A stretch of DNA of 34,225 nucleotides from a virus (Duplodnaviria; Caudoviricetes): positions 1 to 34,225 of the IMG/VR virus record IMGVR_UViG_3300042109_000062; one strand, given 5' to 3'. Positions 1 through 9,009 of this stretch are shown here, in pieces. The notes beneath the pieces are model-generated. The model saw only the letters and a program-made list of their open reading frames with translations. It was not told where the DNA came from and did not search any database. The position numbers and the translations under genes were made by a program. The first letter of the stretch is position 1; each line of letters opens with the position of its first letter.

Positions 1-1
1 C

Positions 2-343
2 TTGACCTGTTTCCATAGTCCATTCGCCAGCCCTTTGCAATGGAGACAGCAAATCGTTGTCCGAAAGAGGCCCGTATTCGGCAACGACTTCAATGTGGTA
101 CGGGCTGTCGCCGTATCGCTCATTAATAGAGATTTTCTTGAACCTTGCTAGCGGCGCACTAGGGTGCCCTGCGCCCCATTGGGTTAGGCCGCATGCCGTA
201 GCAATGGCACTTGTTGAATCTGTCGGATTGCCTTGCAGCGTGTCATTGGAAAGCGTGCAGACAAATCGCCTAATACAACTAAAAGTACCAGGGTTTTCTT
301 CTTCGTAGTTTCGTGCGAGCTCAGTGACAGATGTAATGGCCAT
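2..343 (-). CDS. Tail protein downstream of tape measure (partial, runs off window)
   Basis: Translated by hand (not in ORF track): ATG at 343, MAITSVTELARNYEEENPGTFSCIRRFVCTLSND..., open to the window edge. Starts 4 nt after the tape measure stop, the usual distal-tail position. Confidence 0.7.
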   Translation of the reverse strand, partial: MAITSVTELARNYEEENPGTFSCIRRFVCTLSNDTLQGNPTDSTSAIATACGLTQWGAGHPSAPLARFKKISINERYGDSPYHIEVVAEYGPLSDNDLLSPLQRAGEWTMETGQ

Positions 344-347
344 AATG

Positions 348-3203
348 TTACCGTGCGCCAACAATCGATACGGGCCTGCTGAAATAATTGTCGGCGGCCC
401 TGCGGATGTTGTTGTTGATATCACGAAGCTGCTGCGTTTGCAGACGCTGCTGTATCAGTTGCAAGTCTTGTGATCTCGTTGCAAGATCGACAACTAGGGC
501 AGCGCCCTCCTGCGTTCTGACATCAGTGCCCTGTATCATTTGCGGGCCAAGCGTGTTCAGCTGCCGCAATCGTTGTGCTTGGCGGTTTGCCTCTGCTTCG
601 GCTGCCTTGCGTTGTTCCTCAATAAGTTTTTGTTGCCGAGCGTTTTCCTCCTTCTGCATCCGCTGCTGCTCATCCGCTGCTGCCTGCGCTGCGGCCACTT
701 GTTGTTCGGCGTATTTGTCTTGAACTGCTAGTGCGTTTTGTTGAGCAGCCTCGGCCATTGCCTGCTCTTGCTTAGACGCCTCTTCGCGGCGGCGATTTTC
801 TTCTTCGATGTTGCGGAGTTCGTTGTTAAACAACTCCTGCTGTCTAGCAACTTCACGATCAAATGCTTCAGAGTTTAAGATTCCGTCGCGCGCCTGCTCC
901 TGAGCAGCAGCGATCCCCTGCTGCAGCCGCAGTGCGGCGTCAAAGCCGGCCTGGCCAAACTCTTGAGACTTGGCAACCAGGCCGTCAATGTTGTTGTTGA
1001 CCGCGTCGAATGCTGCCTGAAAGCCTTGGCCGAAGCCTTGCTCAAGTGCCTGCTGCTGGTCCTCCAGGCGGGCTTGCAGTTGGTCGAGCTCGCCTTGCCG
1101 AGCGGCAGCGGCGTCAGCCTCGGCGACGTTGTTGGCCTCTCGTGCTGCGGCCAGTTGCTCCGACACACGGGCCTGCTCCCGCTGGACCACCAGCAAGTCC
1201 TGCTCGATGCGGGCGGCCTCGTCGTTAGTCTGCAGTAGCTGGTCGAGACGCTTCTTGTCGGCGTCGGCCTGAGCCTGTGCAGCGTCAGCAGCCTCCTGCC
1301 GCAGTTGCCTCTCCTTTGTCAGCTCGCCGTTCAGTCGCTCCATGAAGTTGTTCATGATCTCGATCTGGTCGGCAGTCAGTTCGCCTTCCGCCGCCATCTG
1401 CGAGAACGTCGCCAGCGTGGCCTGCGACTGCTCAAGGAATGCCGACGTGCCGCCCTCGGCTGTCGATAGGAACTGGTCGAGGTCCGCAGTTGCGGCAGCC
1501 AGGTTAGCCTGCACCTGAACTTCTGGGAGCCGTGCGTTATCGATCTCCGACCGCAGCCCACGGATAAACCGCTGGCCTGCACCAACGCCAGCCGCCGTGG
1601 CGTCACCTTGACCTCCGGTAAAAATGCTGTTGAAAGTGTTTGCGGCATTTGCTGCCGCGGCTTTCATCTCCTGGGCATTTTTGCGGGCAGACTCTTCTGA
1701 CGCTGCCACCAGCCCGGACCCAAACGCTTCTAGGTCATCGCTCAAATACCCGCCGATGTTTTCAATGATCTTGCCAAAGCCAATCAAAAGCGTGTCTATG
1801 CCGATCTGGATGGCGTTAAAGGCAGCCCGAATACCTTCTGCACCTGTTAACAGCACCTTCGACGCCACGTCGAAAACGTCTGCCGTGTACGTCAGCGTTT
1901 CCCCGAGCGATCCAAAGTTTTCTACAAACGTGTCGAAGATGCCTGCGAAATATTCTGCTCCTTCCAGCAGCACGTCTGTGATGGCGTTGGCAATGCCGGT
2001 GCCGCCGGTGCCTTGTGATCCGCTCCATTCCTCAACGAATCGCAAGAACTCGTTAGTGACGGCCGTGACCGCTGGCGCGAGATTGCCGATCACCTGGCCC
2101 ACGATGCCGTTAATGGTTGCGGCCACTAAGTCAAAAGCGTCGTTCATGTCGGCGACGTTGTTGACCTGCGTCTCACTGATGATGATGCCGAGCCGCTCGG
2201 CACGGGCCCGTAGTTCCTCAATGCTGGCCGCACCTTCACGAAAGAGCGGAGCCAGTGCCGCACCCTGCTTGCCGAAGATGGCGACGGCGGCGGCAGCACG
2301 GTCTGCGGCCGTCGGCAGCTGCGAAATAGCCTGCCCAATCTCTGAAAACTGCTGCTCGGGCGACAACGCCCGCAGTTCCTGCAGCGACAGGTTGATTTCT
2401 TTCAAAGCCTTGTCGAGTGCATCACCAGGCGTGGCCTTGCCGATGCTCACGGCCAGCTTCTGCACGGCATTGCCGAACGCCTCGGTATCCACGCCAGCCA
2501 ACTTGGCTGCGAGCGAGTAGCCCTGCAGTGCCTCGACGCCTATGCCGGTTCGAGCCGACAGGTCGTTCAGCGAGTCGATACCAGAGTTGACAGACGTGAC
2601 CAGCGAACTAATGCGAGTAGCAACATCTCGGAATGCGTTGCCGATAGCTTGAATACCGCCGACGATAATGCGGCCGACTTCAATGCCGGCGAGAAGCCGG
2701 GTGTTGTCTGCTAATGACTTGATTTCTTTGTCGGTTTTGTCTGCGGCCTTGCCCACTCTGTCCAAGTCAGTGCGAGCTTTTTGGGCTGCTCTGTTGTACG
2801 TCTCTTGCGAGATGCGGCCAGCACGCAACTGCTCATCAAGCTCGTCCATTGTCTCCCGATATCGTTCAGTCGGGGAAATGTTTGCGCGAGTGATTTCGGC
2901 TGCACGCTTGAACGCAGCGGCCTCCTTGTCGATTTCCTCGCGAAGGTCTGCAAACTTCTTGGCAAACTCGCGAGGATCGAGGCCGCCCTCTAGCTGCTGC
3001 TGCAGTTTCTTAAACTCAGCGTTGAAGCGAGTCTGCGCAGCAGCACCAGCTTCGCTTTCCTTTGCAAACTGGTTAAAGACGGCAGTGGCCTTCTCGGCCT
3101 GCTCCCCAAGGTTCTCCAGCGCCCTCTCTGCTGGCGTAAGATTCTTGGCGACGCCAGATGCGTCGGCAGAAATCTTCATTGCCAGTGAAAGGATGTTGGC
3201 CAT
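348..3203 (-). CDS. Tail tape measure protein
   Basis: 951 aa, Ala/Gln/Glu-rich and helical. Typical N-terminus (MANILSLAMKISADASG) and TMP-like core (SLNDLSARTGIGVEALQG...AVAIFGKQG). Follows the tail assembly chaperones. Confidence 0.93.
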   Translation of the reverse strand: MANILSLAMKISADASGVAKNLTPAERALENLGEQAEKATAVFNQFAKESEAGAAAQTRFNAEFKKLQQQLEGGLDPREFAKKFADLREEIDKEAAAFKRAAEITRANISPTERYRETMDELDEQLRAGRISQETYNRAAQKARTDLDRVGKAADKTDKEIKSLADNTRLLAGIEVGRIIVGGIQAIGNAFRDVATRISSLVTSVNSGIDSLNDLSARTGIGVEALQGYSLAAKLAGVDTEAFGNAVQKLAVSIGKATPGDALDKALKEINLSLQELRALSPEQQFSEIGQAISQLPTAADRAAAAVAIFGKQGAALAPLFREGAASIEELRARAERLGIIISETQVNNVADMNDAFDLVAATINGIVGQVIGNLAPAVTAVTNEFLRFVEEWSGSQGTGGTGIANAITDVLLEGAEYFAGIFDTFVENFGSLGETLTYTADVFDVASKVLLTGAEGIRAAFNAIQIGIDTLLIGFGKIIENIGGYLSDDLEAFGSGLVAASEESARKNAQEMKAAAANAANTFNSIFTGGQGDATAAGVGAGQRFIRGLRSEIDNARLPEVQVQANLAAATADLDQFLSTAEGGTSAFLEQSQATLATFSQMAAEGELTADQIEIMNNFMERLNGELTKERQLRQEAADAAQAQADADKKRLDQLLQTNDEAARIEQDLLVVQREQARVSEQLAAAREANNVAEADAAAARQGELDQLQARLEDQQQALEQGFGQGFQAAFDAVNNNIDGLVAKSQEFGQAGFDAALRLQQGIAAAQEQARDGILNSEAFDREVARQQELFNNELRNIEEENRRREEASKQEQAMAEAAQQNALAVQDKYAEQQVAAAQAAADEQQRMQKEENARQQKLIEEQRKAAEAEANRQAQRLRQLNTLGPQMIQGTDVRTQEGAALVVDLATRSQDLQLIQQRLQTQQLRDINNNIRRAADNYFSRPVSIVGAR

Positions 3204-3205
3204 GG

Positions 3206-3496
3206 CTACTCAAACATGGCACCAAGCTTGGCTAGCTCGCGAGCCATTTCGTCAGATGTTTGCGGTGGTTTTTCTATCGGCACGAAATCGGACGCCTTTG
3301 GTGCCTTGCCTCTTTCGCTGTACGGCGCGAGCACGGCACTGGTGAGCAAGCCCGTCTGCTGCCACGGATCCGGCAGGGCGTGGTAGTAGCGGGTGAACGC
3401 CACCCACTCACTTAGCTCCTGCGAATCCATGCGGCGAGACAACTCACGCACTGTCATGCCAAGGTGCCCGGCGAGGCGGAACAGAAACCTCCGCAT
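3206..3496 (-). CDS. Tail assembly chaperone, gpT-like C-terminal part (expressed as G-T fusion by -1 frameshift)
   Basis: FLFRLAGHLGMTVRELSRRMDSQELSEWVAF resembles gpT-like domains. In the -1 frame of the upstream chaperone. Confidence 0.85.
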   Translation of the reverse strand: MRRFLFRLAGHLGMTVRELSRRMDSQELSEWVAFTRYYHALPDPWQQTGLLTSAVLAPYSERGKAPKASDFVPIEKPPQTSDEMARELAKLGAMFE

Positions 3497-3507
3497 CGGC
3501 CGGGTCT

Positions 3508-3885
3508 TTAGTTTTTTGCTAGCTCCTCCACGTCGCTTTCGGTCATGTTGTTGTGCTTCATCGCTCGGTCAAACAACTTCGTCACAACGGCCGACGACTT
3601 TTTTGCAAGCCGCTTAATGCCCTCCTCGTCGAAGAGCCTGTCGCCGCTCTCGGGATGGCACAAGCAGCGAGCGAGGTACTTGGTACGGAAGTTCTCAATG
3701 CCACGCTCCTTGTTGCCGATCCACTCCTGCTCGTAGGAGTCACGCTCCTCGACGGTCATGACGCGGATGCCGAGCACCAGCGGCTTGCCGTCCTTGTCCT
3801 TCCATTCCTTGACAGTGACCTTGAGAACCGACAGGTCGTCGGAGGCAAGGATCTGGGCTGCGAGCTCTTCGACTGACAGAGGCAT
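3508..3885 (-). CDS. Tail assembly chaperone gpG-like
   Basis: 125 aa, between tail tube genes and tape measure. Ends ...VEELAKN on the slippery sequence A AAA AAC. Confidence 0.85.
   Translation of the reverse strand: MPLSVEELAAQILASDDLSVLKVTVKEWKDKDGKPLVLGIRVMTVEERDSYEQEWIGNKERGIENFRTKYLARCLCHPESGDRLFDEEGIKRLAKKSSAVVTKLFDRAMKHNNMTESDVEELAKN
3511..3517 (-). other. Programmed -1 ribosomal frameshift slippery site A AAA AAC
   Basis: Minus strand reads GCA AAA AAC TAA. The -1 frame continues CTA AAG ACC CGG CCG ATG(3496) with no stop. Confidence 0.85.
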
Positions 3886-3894
3886 AATCTACTC

Positions 3895-4212
3895 CTAGGG
3901 CTGAACGCGAAGCGTGACGCCGTAGCGGGCCACGTCATTGACTTTGCCTTCCAGCGTCAACTTCTCGAGCACCGCCGTGGCTCTGTAGGCAAGCCCGCCA
4001 CCTGCGAGGGTGAACAGCGACCGCACGCCGTAGTTGGCAGTCGAGATGTTGGCCGTGTGAAGGCACGACATCTCTATAGTGCCTAAGTCAAGCGTCCATG
4101 TGCTGTCACGCGCGAGAGGCATCGCGTTGCCATGCGTGACTTTTATTAAAGCGACCTCGCCAAAGGCTACGCCGCCCCACGTCGCCGTCACGCCCGCAGA
4201 GTAGGTAGCCAT
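3895..4212 (-). CDS. Tail-tube-like protein 2 (short paralog)
   Basis: 105 aa, beta-rich. N- and C-terminal patterns resemble the upstream 130 aa protein. Confidence 0.55.
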   Translation of the reverse strand: MATYSAGVTATWGGVAFGEVALIKVTHGNAMPLARDSTWTLDLGTIEMSCLHTANISTANYGVRSLFTLAGGGLAYRATAVLEKLTLEGKVNDVARYGVTLRVQP

Positions 4213-4231
4213 GACGGTCCTCCGTCACGGA

Positions 4232-4624
4232 CTAGCTGCGAGCAATCCGAACCGTCACCTGGCCTCGGATAGCGTCCTGCGTCGCCAAAGTCAGCGTAGA
4301 GCTCTGCACGGTGCCGGCACGGCTGAGAAGCGAAGAGCCACCAACCGTGATGGACACTGTGCCGGTCGCACGGTCGGCAATCAGAGACTTGCCGACGTAG
4401 TCAACCTGAACGGTCTGTCCGGTATCGCCGGACACCGAGCCGGCCAGCGGCAGATCAAGTGTCTTCGCAGTCTCGCCGGCGGTCTGGCCGAGGTGGGCCA
4501 CGTTGATCTTGTCTTCCTCGGCAGTCGGGTCGGTCGCCGACACCACGATGTTGGTGACGGTGAAAGCGGTCCCGCCAAAAGAAAAAACTGTGCCGGCACC
4601 ATCATGCGGGGTTTCAAACGGCAT
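4232..4624 (-). CDS. Major tail tube protein (putative)
   Basis: 130 aa, T/G/V-rich beta protein with a KINVAHLGQ loop motif. Directly follows the tail terminator. Confidence 0.65.
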   Translation of the reverse strand: MPFETPHDGAGTVFSFGGTAFTVTNIVVSATDPTAEEDKINVAHLGQTAGETAKTLDLPLAGSVSGDTGQTVQVDYVGKSLIADRATGTVSITVGGSSLLSRAGTVQSSTLTLATQDAIRGQVTVRIARS

Positions 4625-4627
4625 CGC

Positions 4628-5047
4628 TTATATCTCCTGCCAGAGGACTGAATACTGCTGGTTGACGGTCAGAATCGGCGGAAGGTCGCCACCCGCGAGT
4701 TGCACCACGCCGTCAGACTCTGTATCTAACGACACGTTGCGAACGCTCACATAGTTTGCCACTGTGGTGCCGTAGCCATCCAGAACCGAGCGGCACTTGT
4801 CGGCGATGTCGCGGGCCTCTCCGTACGTCTCTGCGTACACGTCCACGGCCACCAGGACGACGCTCATGCCCATCGGTCCGCTAAGCGTTTGCGACCGCTG
4901 GACGCCCGTGCGACGCCAGGTCACAAACGGCAGCGATGCCGAGGCCGGCGCGACCACGGGAAACACCCGCTGACCTACCACGGACGCTACGGCCGGGTCG
5001 GCCACCAAGGCATTGGCGAGCAGCTGCTCCGGGCTCTTAAGTGGCAT
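4628..5047 (-). CDS. Tail terminator / tail completion protein (DUF3168-like)
   Basis: VGQRVFPVVAP...LPFVTW...VDVYAETY pattern, plus synteny. Confidence 0.8.
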   Translation of the reverse strand: MPLKSPEQLLANALVADPAVASVVGQRVFPVVAPASASLPFVTWRRTGVQRSQTLSGPMGMSVVLVAVDVYAETYGEARDIADKCRSVLDGYGTTVANYVSVRNVSLDTESDGVVQLAGGDLPPILTVNQQYSVLWQEI

Positions 5048-5049
5048 GC

Positions 5050-5820
5050 CTAGCCTCCTGCCTGGATGATGGCACCGGTGATGGTGCCGGTGCTTGAGCG
5101 TGCGACCTTGGCCAGAGCGGCGTCCAGCGACAGGCTCAGTTCACGCTGCAGGATCTCGGCCATCTGGCCACGGGTTTCGTTCCATGCGGTTTGCACAGGA
5201 GACACGCCAGCACGACCGCCAGCCGGCACAGGGTCCAACCGGAGAGCTTGCCCCTTTTTGCCTTTCTTGAAAAAGGCGTATGGCTTGTCTGGAGTGCCGT
5301 CTGCATTGATTCCAAACTGACCGCGTTTGTTCCAGCTAGAGGCAATCATGGCACCCTGGCCAGATACTTCATGCTGCGAGACGTTGGCCACTACGCCAGA
5401 CTTCATGCGGCGAACATGCGCCTTTCTGGTGTATGCCTTGTCGGCGATCTTCTTGATCTGCCGCTCCTTGGTCCCAAACTCAATCCACCACTGATGAAAC
5501 CCTCGCTCCTTGCCGAGTCGCACGCTGCCAGGGCCAGCAATCTCTGTTCCTCGCTCTCGCTGTGATTGGCGATAGCCGATCAGCCCAACGGCACCGCCGT
5601 TCTTGGGATAGGACACAACCTTTGACGAAACAGCACGCTTGAGGTTGCCGGTCGGCCCGATCGGCGTCAGCTGCTGCAGACGCTGCTCCGCTGGTCGCAC
5701 GGCCTTCTGTAACGCCGCCTTGAGTGTCGCGGCCAAACCAGCGTTATCAAACAACTTCCCGAGCGCCTCTTTCGCCGCTGCGATCTCGCCAGCGTCGATA
5801 GCCACCGTGATGAACGACAT
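5050..5820 (-). CDS. HK97 gp10-like tail component
   Basis: TPIGPTGNLKRAV and HQWWIEFGT motifs, plus synteny. Longer than usual (256 aa). Confidence 0.8.
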   Translation of the reverse strand: MSFITVAIDAGEIAAAKEALGKLFDNAGLAATLKAALQKAVRPAEQRLQQLTPIGPTGNLKRAVSSKVVSYPKNGGAVGLIGYRQSQRERGTEIAGPGSVRLGKERGFHQWWIEFGTKERQIKKIADKAYTRKAHVRRMKSGVVANVSQHEVSGQGAMIASSWNKRGQFGINADGTPDKPYAFFKKGKKGQALRLDPVPAGGRAGVSPVQTAWNETRGQMAEILQRELSLSLDAALAKVARSSTGTITGAIIQAGG

Positions 5821-6137
5821 CAGACGGCCTCCTGGCAGATCAGCTCGTGCTCGGTGCGGTTGTCGTGCTCGAGGATCGACACAATTTCAAGCACGCGGCC
5901 ACGCCACGACAGACGCATCTGCTGCGTCAGCCCGCTCAAATACCGCATCCGTACGCGGTGGCTGGCCTCGGTCTGCTGCTGGCCCTGCAGAAAATACTCG
6001 CGTGCCGAGATGCCTTCGACGCTGGCCCATCTTGTTGCGTACGTGCCCCATGTCTGCGTGACCTCTCCCAGCGGCGTGCGGTTTTCCGACGCCTGCTGCA
6101 CAGTGACACGCTCTCGAAGCCGGCCGGCAACTATCAC
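5820..6137 (-). CDS. Head closure / head-tail adaptor (SPP1 gp16-like)
   Basis: AGRLRERVTVQ...RWASVEGISARE...HRVRMRY...MRLSWRGRVLEI. GTG start at 6137 overlaps the upstream stop (GTGA). Confidence 0.88.
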   Translation of the reverse strand: MIVAGRLRERVTVQQASENRTPLGEVTQTWGTYATRWASVEGISAREYFLQGQQQTEASHRVRMRYLSGLTQQMRLSWRGRVLEIVSILEHDNRTEHELICQEAV

Positions 6138-6532
6138 GAGGCACCCCACATGATGAGCGTATAGGTGCCAGTGCTGGCTCCTGCTTCAAGCGTCGGTATC
6201 GGCTCTTCATCAAACAGCTGTGTCACTGCAGTCTCGCCATCCGACGACACAACTCGAAACGAGTTGACTCCAGCGTCGTACAGGGCGCGGCGAGTTGTGC
6301 CAGACCAAGCAAAAGCAAGCTTGTATGGCGATGTAAGCTCAACAAGTGTTCCAGATGCGTTTCGGTAGTTCGCAAAGTTGATTGTTACGTCCGCAGTGCC
6401 TGCCGTCGCAGTCATGCGCACAACCTTGCCAGACGCATAGCCGGTGCTTGACTCAAGCGATAGCACCTTTAGCCGACTGCCAGACGTGTCGTGAAAAAGG
6501 GCGTCAACAGTGATGCGGCCGTCGATGCTCAT
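6134..6532 (-). CDS. Hypothetical virion-module protein, paralog B
   Basis: 132 aa, 4-nt stop/start overlaps on both sides. Shares GRITVDALFHD with the upstream gene. Confidence 0.75.
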   Translation of the reverse strand: MSIDGRITVDALFHDTSGSRLKVLSLESSTGYASGKVVRMTATAGTADVTINFANYRNASGTLVELTSPYKLAFAWSGTTRRALYDAGVNSFRVVSSDGETAVTQLFDEEPIPTLEAGASTGTYTLIMWGAS

Positions 6533-6936
6533 GAGCCGTAGACGATTAGCGTGTACGTAGAAGTTGAGTTGGCTGCGCGAACAGTCAGGCTATTTAGCTC
6601 GTATGCGTTTCGTGTCGTCGCAATCTCTCCGTTGGAGTAAACCGAAAATGAAATCTGTTCAATTTCATCAACCCCTTGCGCGATTACGTCGGTTCCTACA
6701 AGTGCAATACGCTGCACTGAGTTGAAGACGACAAGATTTCCAAACGCATTTCGGTACGGAAAGCCCGACGAACTAGGATAGAACGTGAGGCCATCTTCAT
6801 TGCATGTCCCGCTTACGACGCACACAATGCCATCCGAATACCCGTCTGCCTTGGTGAGCGAGATCACGTTGATCGCGTTGGTCCCGTCCTTGTCATGAAA
6901 CAAGGCGTCAACGGTGATTCGTCCCTCGACGGTCAT
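6529..6936 (-). CDS. Hypothetical virion-module protein, paralog A
   Basis: 135 aa, ATGA overlap with the connector stop. Paralog of 6134..6532. Confidence 0.75.
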   Translation of the reverse strand: MTVEGRITVDALFHDKDGTNAINVISLTKADGYSDGIVCVVSGTCNEDGLTFYPSSSGFPYRNAFGNLVVFNSVQRIALVGTDVIAQGVDEIEQISFSVYSNGEIATTRNAYELNSLTVRAANSTSTYTLIVYGS

Positions 6937-7529
6937 CGGTACGAACCCCAGCGTTGCGAGTCGAGCAGGGCTTTCACGCCGAATGGCACCTCGACGCTGC
7001 CCGCGTTGTCGGCTGCGGTACGGCGCTCATACAGCGTGCCGACGACCATCAAGATCGCGTGCCTAATGGCGGCCGGCACGCTTGATCCGCTCGCTCCGTA
7101 GCCGCCCCACCACGTCACCGTGACGGCGTTGTAGTCGTCAAGGTTTGCGGGCCACGTCCCGCTCCGCAGCTGCCGCACCACGCCGGGCGTTGAGTTGCGG
7201 TCCACACGGTAGGACGCAGTCGAAAGCGTGGCAGTTGCCTCGTTGCCGAGCGTATAGGTCACGCTGACTGCCGTGGTCGTGCCGCTCGTCGCAATCGGCG
7301 GCCGTGGCAGCTCGATCTCGTACGGGAACGAGTCAAGCCGCATTGTCCACTGGGTATTGACCAGCGACCGGTCTAGGTACTCTTCGACCCACTGGCGAGC
7401 CGCAGTGATGAGCGTGCCGATATAGGTATCGTCGTCGCTCGTATCCACACGCAGGTGAGCCTTGGCCTCCGCGACCGTAACGGGCTCAAGTGCCGGCTGC
7501 GTCGTGCGAGTCAGGCTGCGGTACTGCAC
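6933..7529 (-). CDS. Head-tail connector (HK97 gp6 / SPP1 gp15-like)
   Basis: EPVTVAEAKAHLRVD...DDTYIGTLITAARQWVE...VPAAIRHAILMVVGTLYERR. GTG start at 7529 with a GAGAGG SD. Confidence 0.92.
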   Translation of the reverse strand: MQYRSLTRTTQPALEPVTVAEAKAHLRVDTSDDDTYIGTLITAARQWVEEYLDRSLVNTQWTMRLDSFPYEIELPRPPIATSGTTTAVSVTYTLGNEATATLSTASYRVDRNSTPGVVRQLRSGTWPANLDDYNAVTVTWWGGYGASGSSVPAAIRHAILMVVGTLYERRTAADNAGSVEVPFGVKALLDSQRWGSYR

Positions 7530-7728
7530 GGGGACGACCTCTCTTGCGTGGCGTAGCGTCGGCCTTCTCGGCCTGGTGCTCAATGGCCGCCGTCTCGATC
7601 AGGTCGCCCTGCTTGTCCTCGACGGCGATGCCTCTACGGATCCAATCGGTCGCCATCCCGTCCGGCACGTCTGGCAGCACTTGGCCACGCCGGTAGACAC
7701 GGTACGACTGCGTCATCCTGATTCTCAT
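7486..7728 (-). CDS. Small head-module protein (80 aa)
   Basis: MRIRMTQSYRVYRRGQVLPDVPDGMATDWIRRGIA...PRKRGRPR. ATGA overlap with the glycosyltransferase stop. Resembles small proteins found between capsid and connector genes. Confidence 0.7.
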   Translation of the reverse strand: MRIRMTQSYRVYRRGQVLPDVPDGMATDWIRRGIAVEDKQGDLIETAAIEHQAEKADATPRKRGRPRAVPQPDSHDAAGT

Positions 7729-8471
7729 GATTTCCCTACGCTCCATGCAGTTTCCGGTCGCTGGCCGCCGTTGTTGGTGAACTCGGTCGTCCATTGAAAC
7801 GTCGGCTTTGTCAGATCCTTGCCGGGCCACGTCACCACGTACTCGCCGTGGCCGATTACGACCCGTGGCGTGATGAATACGCGGTTCCCGCTTTCTCGCC
7901 AATTCCGCCAAAACCAGATATCAGGATCCAGCCGCCCGTCGTTCCATGATCCATCAGGACCGGGCTTGCTGTGAAACCAAGGCTTTTGGCATCGCTTTAG
8001 AGCCGCCGTGCTGATGACCGTAAGCCCGAAGTGAGCCGTATCCACTTCCTGGACGGGCTCGCCGAACCAGCCCGCAGGGACGCTTGTCTGGCCGTCTGGT
8101 GGCGGATTGTCCAGCGTGCCCTTGAGCGTGAGCATCGGCCGGCCGTCTTCACGCTTGGTCTGCATGCCGGTGATGGCATCGCACTGAAACGTCATGGCCA
8201 TCGCAAACAGCGTCTCAACGTCTTCGCGCGTGAAAAAACTGTCGTAGTCGATCGTCAGCAAATACTCGGCTTTGTCGATGAATTGCTCCATCACGCGGGT
8301 ATTGACCTGATCCCAGAACGCTCCAGTGCCCATCGTCGGCCGGATGCCGAGCGGCATCAGTGCTTGAGCCCACGAAAAGAAGTTTGACGTAAAGCCCAGC
8401 CGAGGCATGGAGAGAATCGCCTCGACGCGGATATCTACCTGCGTATCGCCGACACGCACCAGCATGAGCAC
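7725..8471 (-). CDS. GT-A fold glycosyltransferase-like protein
   Basis: YLLTIDYD (DxD), EVDTAHFGLTVI, KPWF, DPDIWFW and VVIGH motifs typical of phage GT2-like enzymes. Confidence 0.75.
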   Translation of the reverse strand: MLMLVRVGDTQVDIRVEAILSMPRLGFTSNFFSWAQALMPLGIRPTMGTGAFWDQVNTRVMEQFIDKAEYLLTIDYDSFFTREDVETLFAMAMTFQCDAITGMQTKREDGRPMLTLKGTLDNPPPDGQTSVPAGWFGEPVQEVDTAHFGLTVISTAALKRCQKPWFHSKPGPDGSWNDGRLDPDIWFWRNWRESGNRVFITPRVVIGHGEYVVTWPGKDLTKPTFQWTTEFTNNGGQRPETAWSVGKS

Positions 8472-8476
8472 CTCAC

Positions 8477-8516
8477 AAAAACGAAAACGGGTGGCCCACT
8501 TGCGTAAGCCACCCGT
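8477..8516 (-). terminator. Rho-independent terminator after capsid/decoration genes
   Basis: Minus strand ACGGGTGGC-N12-GCCACCCGT followed by TTTCGTTTTT. Confidence 0.75.
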
Positions 8517-8541
8517 CTAGGTTGATGAGGCTGTCAAGCGC

Positions 8542-8982
8542 TCAGCCGGCGGTGTTGACTTTGACGCCCTTGGTCGTGGCGTCGTACGGGCCTTCCTCGC
8601 CACGAGCCAGCCGAGCCGCCACCACGATCACGGTGTCGGTGTTCGGCGACGCCTTGACCTGGAGGTATCGCTTGTGGCCACGGCAATCCACCTCGAGCCG
8701 CGAGACAGTCATCGTGTCAGTGACGGTCTGGCCGGCATAGGCAGCCGGCTTCAGATCGCCAGAGAAGCCGGTGACGGTGGCGTACGTGCCGCCAGACGTA
8801 TCCGACTCCTGCAGGGTCAGGGTCTGGGCCACGCTCGACGTGCTGGCCGCCGGGCCGAAGATCACGTCGATAGAAGCGTAGTCAAACCCGAGGGTATCAA
8901 GCGTCAGCGTGTTGGTCTGTGACGAGGTGTAGACCGCAGCCTTCCCCGACACGACCGACTTGGTGGCAGCGACAGAAATCAT
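8542..8982 (-). CDS. Capsid decoration/cement-like protein (putative)
   Basis: 146 aa T/S/V-rich beta protein right after the MCP. LDTLGFDY, LQESD and KRYLQV patterns. Confidence 0.6.
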   Translation of the reverse strand: MISVAATKSVVSGKAAVYTSSQTNTLTLDTLGFDYASIDVIFGPAASTSSVAQTLTLQESDTSGGTYATVTGFSGDLKPAAYAGQTVTDTMTVSRLEVDCRGHKRYLQVKASPNTDTVIVVAARLARGEEGPYDATTKGVKVNTAG

Positions 8983-9009
8983 CTGATGGGTACTCCTAGA
9001 GGGTCAGGC

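Noticed and set aside
6134-6936. Diversity-generating retroelement TR/VR pair
   Set aside because: Differences between the paralogs are not adenine-specific, and no reverse transcriptase is present in the window.
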